From: an uncultured virus (IMG/VR IMGVR_UViG_3300031758_000011)
Taxonomy: Duplodnaviria; Heunggongvirae; Uroviricota; Caudoviricetes
Reading direction: 5' to 3' (one strand)
Virus record (IMG/VR): IMGVR_UViG_3300031758_000011
Location: 106,524-126,523 of that record
DNA length: 20,000 nt
Shown: in pieces, positions 1 through 5,662 of the stretch
Layout: each line of letters opens with the position of its first letter
Numbering within the stretch: the stretch's first letter is position 1
Position numbers and translations under genes: made by a program
Notes under the pieces: generated by a model
Databases searched by the model: none
What the model was told of the DNA's origin: nothing
The model's input: only the letters and a program-made list of their open reading frames with translations

Positions 1-195
1 GGAAACTTACCAATAATTAGAACGATAACGCAAGGTATTCCACATTGGATAATAGTTAATGGTTATGATGATAACTTTTTTCACATTAAAGACCCATGGT
101 TAGGTGAAATTAAATATAATCAATCTGATTTAGATTATATATGGGAAGTTAGACAGTATCAATTTTTTGAAATTTTAATGAATGAAAATAATTAA
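1..195 (+). CDS. C-terminal part of a peptidase C39-like (papain-fold) protein, truncated by the window edge
   Basis: Frame 1 is open to TAA at 193-195: GNLPII...PHWIIVNGYDD..FHIKDPWLG, which matches the catalytic His...DP motif of C39-like proteases. Confidence 0.7.
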   Translation, partial: GNLPIIRTITQGIPHWIIVNGYDDNFFHIKDPWLGEIKYNQSDLDYIWEVRQYQFFEILMNENN

Positions 196-625
196 AGGAG
201 TTACAGATGAATACATCGACCCAATATTAGATTGGGGTATTCATTTTGAACATGTAATGGATAAAGAATATTTTAAATATTACATATCATGGACAGTAAA
301 CTTTGAAAACTCATTAATGTTATTGGATGACGATGACAAAGTTGTAGGTGCTTATTTGTTTTCTGAAAATCAAATAACCGATTATTTCAAAAACACAGAT
401 AAGTTCAAAGGATTACATGGCGTTGAAGGTATCTTATTATTCATAGAAGAAAAACATAGAGGTGATGGTTGGGGTAATAAGTTAAAAGACATGTCCAAAG
501 AATTAGGATATGATTATATATGGGGGCAACAATTCAAAGGGTTGAATAATTTGCAAGATTGGTTGAAGCGAAGAGAGTTAATAACTGAAACTGATAACAT
601 CTATATAACAGCACAGATTTTTTAA
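182..625 (+). CDS. GNAT-family acetyltransferase
   Basis: LFIEEKHRGDGWGNKL fits the acetyl-CoA-binding motif A (R-x-x-G-x-G); 147 aa. Confidence 0.7.
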   Translation: MKIIKGVTDEYIDPILDWGIHFEHVMDKEYFKYYISWTVNFENSLMLLDDDDKVVGAYLFSENQITDYFKNTDKFKGLHGVEGILLFIEEKHRGDGWGNKLKDMSKELGYDYIWGQQFKGLNNLQDWLKRRELITETDNIYITAQIF

Positions 626-659
626 TGTTTTCTATATATTTATAGTTAAACTTTATTAT

Positions 660-1142
660 ATGAAAAAGAAAGAATTTTTAACTGAAACTAAAAGAAAAGC
701 AATCATTGCTGATAAAGAAAAAGCAATCCTAGAATCGTTTGCAAAAACGTTTAACAAAATCAAACGTATTGATGAGAATGAAGTTCCTATTATGGGTATT
801 GATGAGAATGAAATCAGTAAATTTAAAGTTGGGGATATCGTCATTTGGAGCCCAAAAAAATCAAGATGGAATAATGATTATTCAGTAAGATATGGTGCTA
901 AAGCAAAAGTTATTGAAGCGTCAAGAGACATGTTAAGAATAGAGTGGTTAAAAGACCCTCGTAATTTAGAATTAGTTGGAGGGCAAATGGATGGAAATTA
1001 TTTTACAGATGATTTTGAATTATCTAATGAAGATGGTGTTAACGCTAATAACGCTGAAGATTGGGAAAAAGAATCTAGAGCTCAACAAAATAAAAATGCA
1101 TATCAAGATTTTGACCCAAACGACTTTAATCAAGGTTATTAA
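660..1142 (+). CDS. hypothetical phage protein with a possible SH3-like module (FKVGDIV)
   Basis: 160-aa ORF, preceded by a TATTTATA motif at 637-644; internal IDENE duplication. Confidence 0.6.
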   Translation: MKKKEFLTETKRKAIIADKEKAILESFAKTFNKIKRIDENEVPIMGIDENEISKFKVGDIVIWSPKKSRWNNDYSVRYGAKAKVIEASRDMLRIEWLKDPRNLELVGGQMDGNYFTDDFELSNEDGVNANNAEDWEKESRAQQNKNAYQDFDPNDFNQGY

Positions 1143-1172
1143 GAAAAAATTAAAAAAATAATTACAAAAACA

Positions 1173-1204
1173 CTTGACAAATAGAAAAAAAGTTTGTACA
1201 TTTG
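1173..1204 (+). promoter_or_regulatory. Bacteroidota-type primary-sigma promoter (-33/-7) driving the leader peptide and tRNA operon
   Basis: CTTG(1173-1176)-N20-TACATTTG(1197-1204); the same spacing recurs at six other sites in the window. Confidence 0.75.
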
Positions 1205-1252
1205 TAGTATAAATTTAAACTTTTTAGAAAAAACGATATATTTAATATAAAA

Positions 1253-1348
1253 ATGAGAACAATTAACATACATATGATTTCGATTAATAATTGGAGACGC
1301 AATAGTTTCCATAACGGTCAAGGTATGTTAAATAACATCATAGAATAG
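1253..1348 (+). CDS. putative attenuator leader peptide MRTINIHMISINNWRRNSFHNGQGMLNNIIE (31 aa)
   Basis: ATG 1253 to TAG 1346-1348, followed by TAA; A-rich upstream; lies between a promoter and a terminator; codons match the anticodons of the downstream tRNA array. Confidence 0.8.
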   Translation: MRTINIHMISINNWRRNSFHNGQGMLNNIIE

Positions 1349-1387
1349 TAAAACATTTTATGAAGTAATCAACAAAAAGCCTTGACC
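1316..1387 (+). promoter_or_regulatory. antiterminator pairing of the attenuator
   Basis: GGTCAAGGT (1316-1324) pairs with GCCTTGACC (1379-1387), 8 WC + 1 GU, sequestering the terminator 5' arm and part of its loop. Confidence 0.75.
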
Positions 1388-1406
1388 ACAAATCAAGGCT
1401 TTTTTT
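1374..1406 (+). terminator. intrinsic terminator (attenuator)
   Basis: AAAAAGCCTTGA-CCACAAA-TCAAGGC followed by T7. Confidence 0.9.
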
Positions 1407-1418
1407 ATGCTTATAACT

Positions 1419-1610
1419 ATGGAAGAATTAGTAAGACCACTCGGAAAAGTAAAAGTAAAAAAGTTTAACGAAAACTTTGATGAAATAGTTGACGAGTATA
1501 AAGAAAAAGCAAAACAAATGGGTTACAACGGTGACCTAAGATTTAAAAAAGAAAACGGTAACATAATAATATTTGTTACAATAGACGGTGGCGTTAGCTC
1601 AGTTGGTTAG
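1419..1610 (+). CDS. small hypothetical protein, first gene after the attenuator
   Basis: Likely start ATG 1419 (MEELVRPLG...); the 3' end runs into the orphan tRNA-His 5' half. Confidence 0.55.
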   Translation: MEELVRPLGKVKVKKFNENFDEIVDEYKEKAKQMGYNGDLRFKKENGNIIIFVTIDGGVSSVG

Positions 1611-1621
1611 AGTGCTAGATT
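1587..1621 (+). pseudogene. orphan 5' half of tRNA-His, broken at the anticodon loop
   Basis: G(-1)-GTGGCGT-TA-GCTC-AGTTGGTTA-GAGT-G-CTAGA-TT, then unrelated sequence; closely resembles the 5' half of bacterial tRNA-His; no matching 3' half seen in the window. Confidence 0.8.
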
Positions 1622-1678
1622 TTTAAAGTGATATTTACTTTTTGAACTATTATTCTATATTTATATAAAAACATAAAT

Positions 1679-2257
1679 ATGGAAAAAATAGAATTAGAAA
1701 AACTTCTTAAAGAAGGTTTATCTTTAAGACAAATAAGTAAAAAAACTAATAAATCATTAACGACTATAAGATATTGGGCAGATAAATATGGTCTTAAACC
1801 TAAAAAATATTATCATAAATGGAGTTTTGAAGAATTAAAACCTTTAATAGAATCTTCAAATTCTAAAGCTGAAGTGTTAGAAAAAATGGGTTTAACACTA
1901 AAAGCTGGTAATTATAGAACGTTAAAAAGGTATTTTGATTTATATGGAATAGATAATGATTTATATAAAGGTAACCCTAGAAGAAACGTTACTAAGGTAA
2001 AATATAGTGATTCTGAAATATTTTGTGAAAATTCACAATATAATTCTGGTCATTTAAAGAATAGAGTGTTAAGAAGTAATTTATTAGAGTATAAATGTGT
2101 AAGTTGTGGTAATACTGGTGAATGGATGGGTGGTAAACTAATATTACAAATAGACCATATTAACGGTATAAATAATGATAATAGAATAGAAAATTTACGT
2201 TTTTTATGTCCTAATTGTCATTCACAAACTGAAACATACGCTGGTAAGAATAAATAA
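1679..2257 (+). CDS. HNH homing endonuclease with N-terminal HTH
   Basis: HTH (GLSLRQISKKTNKSLTTIRYW); CxxC...LQIDHINGINNDNRIENLRFLCPNCH. Confidence 0.92.
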   Translation: MEKIELEKLLKEGLSLRQISKKTNKSLTTIRYWADKYGLKPKKYYHKWSFEELKPLIESSNSKAEVLEKMGLTLKAGNYRTLKRYFDLYGIDNDLYKGNPRRNVTKVKYSDSEIFCENSQYNSGHLKNRVLRSNLLEYKCVSCGNTGEWMGGKLILQIDHINGINNDNRIENLRFLCPNCHSQTETYAGKNK

Positions 2258-2259
2258 AT

Positions 2260-2332
2260 GGTGGTTATGGTGTAACGGTTAACATGATAGATTGTGATTC
2301 TATTGATACCAGTTCGATTCTGGTTAATCACC
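2260..2332 (+). tRNA. tRNA-His(GTG) with encoded G-1
   Basis: GTGGTTA/TAATCAC acceptor; ATAGA-TTGTGAT-TCTAT anticodon arm; ACCAG-TTCGATT-CTGGT T arm; C73. Confidence 0.93.
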
Positions 2333-2342
2333 CTTGAACTGT

Positions 2343-2360
2343 AAGTTCTTTGACATGTTG
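2343..2360 (+). promoter_or_regulatory. boxA-like (rrn-type Nus antitermination) element
   Basis: AAGTTCTTTGACATGTTG resembles rrn boxA (E. coli GCTCTTTAACA; GTTCTTTGA form in other phyla); located in a tRNA spacer. Confidence 0.6.
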
Positions 2361-2372
2361 GTAAATTAATAC

Positions 2373-2443
2373 ACAAGTATAGTTCAGTGGTAGAATAGCG
2401 GTCTCCAAAACCGTTGACGGGAGTTCGAGTCTCTCTACTTGTG
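2373..2443 (+). tRNA. tRNA-Trp(CCA)
   Basis: ACAAGTA/TACTTGT acceptor; GCGGT-CTCCAAA-ACCGT; GGGAG-TTCGAGT-CTCTC. Confidence 0.93.
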
Positions 2444-2475
2444 CAATTAACTGAATATTAGTTAATTATAAATAC

Positions 2476-2562
2476 GGAGAGGTAAGCAGAGTTGGCCTAA
2501 CTGCAACCGCCTTGAAAGCGGTAGGCCCTAGAGGTGTGTGGGTTCGAGTCCCACCCTCTCCG
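2476..2562 (+). tRNA. tRNA-Ser(TGA)
   Basis: GGAGAGG/CCTCTCC acceptor; ACCGC-CTTGAAA-GCGGT; long variable arm; G73. Confidence 0.93.
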
Positions 2563-2632
2563 CTAAAATTTAATTTTATGAAAAAAGAATTTGATATGTT
2601 GTAAGGTCTGCTATTCACAGACTCACAACATT

Positions 2633-2821
2633 ATGAGTAAAAACGTAAACAGAGCAAAACTGAACAAAGCACAAAATGGTAGACAATACCGAATCATGTT
2701 AATCAATGATTTCTACCCAATTTATTGGGATGAAGGTATTCGTTTCTATGGAAACAAAATGAGTTATCAAGTTAGAATGTATAAAACTTGGAAACACTAC
2801 CGAAAAACACAGTGGAAGTAA
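2633..2821 (+). CDS. small basic protein embedded in the tRNA array
   Basis: Likely start ATG 2633: MSKNVNRAK...YKTWKHYRKTQWK (62 aa); flanked by RNA hairpins. Confidence 0.6.
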   Translation: MSKNVNRAKLNKAQNGRQYRIMLINDFYPIYWDEGIRFYGNKMSYQVRMYKTWKHYRKTQWK

Positions 2822-2832
2822 TTCCACAATTT

Positions 2833-2904
2833 TGTCTAATGGTGAAATGGTTATCACGCTGCTCTGATACGGCAGTATTTCCAGTTCGAGTCTGGGTTAG
2901 ACAA
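2833..2904 (+). tRNA. tRNA-Ile(GAT)
   Basis: TGTCTAA/TTAGACA acceptor; CTGCT-CTGATAC-GGCAG; TCCAG-TTCGAGT-CTGGG; A73. Confidence 0.88.
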
Positions 2905-2910
2905 CAAGAT

Positions 2911-2987
2911 GCAGATGTATCCCCTCAAGCTTATATCTTGTAGAAAGGGTAGTTGGTCACATGTGAGTTCGAATCTCACCTTCTGTA
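2911..2987 (+). tRNA. atypical tRNA-like RNA, anticodon TAT (Ile), no canonical D arm
   Basis: GCAGATG/CTTCTGT acceptor (1 mismatch); GTGAG-TTCGAAT-CTCAC T arm; CAAG-CTTATAT-CTTG anticodon arm; extra CCCT/AGGG helix; D-loop-like AGTTGGT lies 3' of the anticodon arm. Confidence 0.65.
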
Positions 2988-2997
2988 CAAAATATAT

Positions 2998-3071
2998 TCT
3001 CCTTTAGCTCAGTAGGTTAGAGCAACGCACTGTTAATGCGTGGGTCCTAGGTTCGAATCCTAGAGGGAGAG
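2998..3071 (+). tRNA. tRNA-Asn(GTT)
   Basis: TCTCCTT/AGGGAGA acceptor; ACGCA-CTGTTAA-TGCGT; CTAGG-TTCGAAT-CCTAG; G73. Confidence 0.95.
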
Positions 3072-3081
3072 CAACAAATAT

Positions 3082-3183
3082 TCACCCATAGCTCAGTGGT
3101 AGAGCAAACGGCTAGGTATGATAAGTAAGTTCATACAAGGAGTGTTAACCGTTAGGTCCTAGGTTCGAATCCTAGTGGGTGAG
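3082..3183 (+). tRNA. tRNA-Asn(GTT) with a 30-nt insertion (putative intron) in the anticodon loop
   Basis: TCACCCA/TGGGTGA acceptor, perfect D and T arms; AACGG-CT[3114-3143 insert]GTTAA-CCGTT. Confidence 0.85.
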
Positions 3184-3189
3184 CAAAAT

Positions 3190-3259
3190 GCCGACACTTA
3201 GTGGAAAAGGACCGTCCCTCATATGGATGGTTAAGTGAGTTCGAACCTCACAGTCGGTA
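3190..3259 (+). tRNA. compact atypical tRNA with CAT anticodon (Met or Ile2)
   Basis: GCCGAC/GTCGGT acceptor plus A-A mismatch; CTT-AGTGGAA-AAG D arm; extended CCGTCC-CTCATAT-GGATGG; GTGAG-TTCGAAC-CTCAC. Confidence 0.7.
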
Positions 3260-3265
3260 CAACAT

Positions 3266-3338
3266 GCACTTATCGTTCAACTGGATAGGACAATCGCCTA
3301 CGAAGCGATAAATCGGAGTTCGAATCTCTGTAGGTGTA
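3266..3338 (+). tRNA. tRNA-Arg(ACG)
   Basis: GCACTTA/TAGGTGT acceptor; ATCGC-CTACGAA-GCGAT; A20-containing D loop. Confidence 0.93.
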
Positions 3339-3347
3339 CAACAATCT

Positions 3348-3420
3348 GCCCCTATCGTTCAACTGGATAGGACATGGCCCTTCTAAGGCCAGTATCGGAG
3401 TTCGAATCTCTGTGGGGGTA
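3348..3420 (+). tRNA. tRNA-Arg(TCT)
   Basis: GCCCCTA/TGGGGGT acceptor; TGGCC-CTTCTAA-GGCCA; D and T arms identical to those of Arg(ACG). Confidence 0.93.
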
Positions 3421-3426
3421 CAAAAT

Positions 3427-3511
3427 GGAGAGTAATCCTTGATGGCGATAGGGTCCGACTGCTAATCGTGACGTACCTTTTTGGTATGAGGTTCGATTCC
3501 TCTGCTCTCCG
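3427..3511 (+). tRNA. tRNA-Ser(GCT) with an 8/4 acceptor/T fold and a bulged anticodon stem
   Basis: GGAGAGTA/TGCTCTCC (8 bp); GAGG-TTCGATT-CCTC (4 bp); TCCGA-CTGCTAA-TCG(T)GA; GTACC/GGTAT variable arm; G73. Confidence 0.8.
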
Positions 3512-3567
3512 CAAAATGTTATCTTTATTAGTATAGTTTTATATATTTATTAATGTAAAACTTAACT

Positions 3568-4503
3568 ATGAAAACAATACTATTTTTAATCCTATTTTTA
3601 CCAACATTGTTATTATCACAAACAACTTTGGTTGATGAAGATTTTTCTCCACCAACAACTTCTGGTTGGTCATCAACACCATCTGGGTGGATGTTAAACA
3701 ACTATGGTTCTGGTAATGCATTATCTGGCACATGGGCGTTAAGATTAACTAGTTGGTCAGCTAGTTCACCAAAATATGTTTATTTTCCAGTTACAGTACA
3801 ATCAAATAAAAATTATATTATAACATTTTGGACAAAAAGGGTTTGTAGTTTAACAGTTAACGTCAACGAAACAGCCAATCAAACAACATTAATTCAAAGT
3901 TATTCATCAACAAATCCAGATTGTTCGTCAAATTGGACAAATTGGTATCAATGGACTGATGTTTATTCATCAAACTATGATGGAACTGTATATTTTCAAA
4001 TATTGGTTAATTCAACTTACTTTTCGACTACTTTATATATTGAGGACGTTAAAATTGTTGAAATGGACCCAACGCCATTACCAATAGAATTGATATATTT
4101 TAAAGGTAAAAATGTTAACGACTATAATCTTTTATTTTGGTCAACAGCGACTGAAATAAATAATGATTATTTCACGATTGAAAAAAGTTATGATGGTTAT
4201 AATTTTCATGTTATTGACAATATTGAAGGTGCTGGCTATTCAACACATCAATTGTATTATGAGTATCATGATTATAATTTACAACCATTTATAACATACT
4301 ATCGTTTAAAACAAACTGATTACGATGGTAAAAAAGACGTTAGTGATATAATATCAATAGATAATAGAAATGATAAAGGTGATAAAGCAAAACTAGTCAA
4401 TATAATTAACATATTAGGGCAAACAGTTAACGCTGATTATAATGGATTAATAATTTACCGTTATAGTGATGGTAGCGTTATGAAAGTAAATAACCAACAT
4501 TAA
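3568..4503 (+). CDS. secreted Bacteroidota-like protein (signal peptide, beta-sandwich/CBM-like domain, T9SS-cargo-like C-terminus)
   Basis: Hydrophobic N-terminus; PLPIELIYFKG...WSTATEINNDYFTIEKS...YYRLKQTDYDG Ig-like module typical of T9SS cargo; C-terminal NILGQ...YSDG..KV. Confidence 0.7.
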   Translation: MKTILFLILFLPTLLLSQTTLVDEDFSPPTTSGWSSTPSGWMLNNYGSGNALSGTWALRLTSWSASSPKYVYFPVTVQSNKNYIITFWTKRVCSLTVNVNETANQTTLIQSYSSTNPDCSSNWTNWYQWTDVYSSNYDGTVYFQILVNSTYFSTTLYIEDVKIVEMDPTPLPIELIYFKGKNVNDYNLLFWSTATEINNDYFTIEKSYDGYNFHVIDNIEGAGYSTHQLYYEYHDYNLQPFITYYRLKQTDYDGKKDVSDIISIDNRNDKGDKAKLVNIINILGQTVNADYNGLIIYRYSDGSVMKVNNQH

Positions 4504-4522
4504 TAAGATATTTATCAATAAA

Positions 4523-4554
4523 TTTGGTTAATAAAAATTAATTCTGTACATTTG
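4523..4554 (+). promoter_or_regulatory. Bacteroidota-type promoter
   Basis: TTTG-N20-TACATTTG, 5 nt before ATG 4560 (possibly near-leaderless). Confidence 0.7.
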
Positions 4555-4559
4555 CCAAT

Positions 4560-5456
4560 ATGAAAAAAAATGTTTTAAATATCGAAATAACTAGACCATC
4601 ACAAAAATTGTTTGTGATGCGTGGTATTCCTGGGGCTGGAAAATCAACAATGGCGAAATCACTAATGGGTGAAGGGATAATTCATTCAACAGATGATTTA
4701 ATTGAAGCTACTGGTGACTACAGAGGTTTCTTTGCTAAAATGATAGAGTCTGGAGACTTTAAAGATTTGTCTAGAATGCACTCTAAGAACTTATCTAACG
4801 CAATCAAATCTATGAAAGATGGTATTAGTCCAGTTGTAATAGATAACACGAATATCAAAGCCAATGAGGCTAAAGCATATGTTGTTGCAGCGTTGGAAAT
4901 GGGATTTGATGATAACAACATACAAATACATGATGTTGGCACTCGTAACTTGACTGCTGAGCAATTAGCTGAGTCAAATACACATGGAGTTCCATTAGAT
5001 AAAATAAAAATGATGATGGATTCACATAAATCTGTTGGGCCATTGACTGTTAAAAAAATAGTTGAATCTAAAGATATGTATAAACAATCAGATGTGTTAT
5101 ATTCTTGTGTTTTGTTGGATGGACAATCCAAAGGTACGTTATTGGATAAACTTGGTATATGGATACCAAAAGATTGGACTGTGATAACACATCATATGAC
5201 AATAAATTTGGGTGAACTTAAAGATAAAACTGATTTAGGTAAAGAAGTTACATTGACAGTTGAAGCGTTAGGTCTTTCAGATAAAGCTATGGCTGTAAGA
5301 GTTAGCGGTTATCCATCAAAAAATGAAATTCCACATATAACTATTGCGATTAACCCAGATGGTGGTAAACCAGTTATGAGCAATCAAATAACAAAATGGC
5401 AAGACATTAAATCATTTATGATAAGTGGTATTGTCACTGAAATAAAAAAACAATGA
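4560..5456 (+). CDS. polynucleotide kinase-like P-loop domain fused to a 2H phosphoesterase (RNA end-healing enzyme)
   Basis: Walker A GIPGAGKST, HSTDD, VVIDNTN and THGVP motifs of AAA_33/N4BP2-like kinases; C-terminal HHMTI...PHITI 2H motifs. Confidence 0.85.
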   Translation: MKKNVLNIEITRPSQKLFVMRGIPGAGKSTMAKSLMGEGIIHSTDDLIEATGDYRGFFAKMIESGDFKDLSRMHSKNLSNAIKSMKDGISPVVIDNTNIKANEAKAYVVAALEMGFDDNNIQIHDVGTRNLTAEQLAESNTHGVPLDKIKMMMDSHKSVGPLTVKKIVESKDMYKQSDVLYSCVLLDGQSKGTLLDKLGIWIPKDWTVITHHMTINLGELKDKTDLGKEVTLTVEALGLSDKAMAVRVSGYPSKNEIPHITIAINPDGGKPVMSNQITKWQDIKSFMISGIVTEIKKQ

Positions 5457-5662
5457 GCGAAGTTAAATTAAATTTAAAAGGGTGGGGTTTTGTATATTCA
5501 GAAATTCTATGGATAGAAGGACCCCTTTACAAAATAAAATTTGTGCCAGAAGATAATTTATTGGCAGATATGAGAACTGAAGTATTTCACGTCAAAGAAA
5601 TATTAAACATAAATGATATTTTTATTGACAAAAATTTAAAGATAACAAAATATGAAGATTGA
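5453..5662 (+). CDS. hypothetical protein
   Basis: 69-aa ORF coupled to both neighbours (ATGA overlap upstream). Confidence 0.55.
   Translation: MSEVKLNLKGWGFVYSEILWIEGPLYKIKFVPEDNLLADMRTEVFHVKEILNINDIFIDKNLKITKYED

Noticed and set aside
766..812. 17-nt direct repeat GTATTGATGAGAATGAA, two copies
   Set aside because: In-frame coding duplication (IDENE) with only two copies; not a CRISPR array or att site.
1253..1406. T-box riboswitch upstream of the tRNA array
   Set aside because: No T-box motif (TGGNACC) or specifier stem; the leader ORF plus antiterminator explains the region better.
1622..2292. Group I intron carrying the HNH inside tRNA-His
   Set aside because: There is no room for a ribozyme core, the downstream tRNA has its own complete 5' half, and the upstream half does not pair with the downstream 3' acceptor strand.
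3266..3420. Repeated sequence blocks in the tRNA region suggesting a repeat array
   Set aside because: Explained by the identical D and T arms of the two Arg genes (and the shared T arm of the two Asn genes), i.e. tRNA gene duplication.
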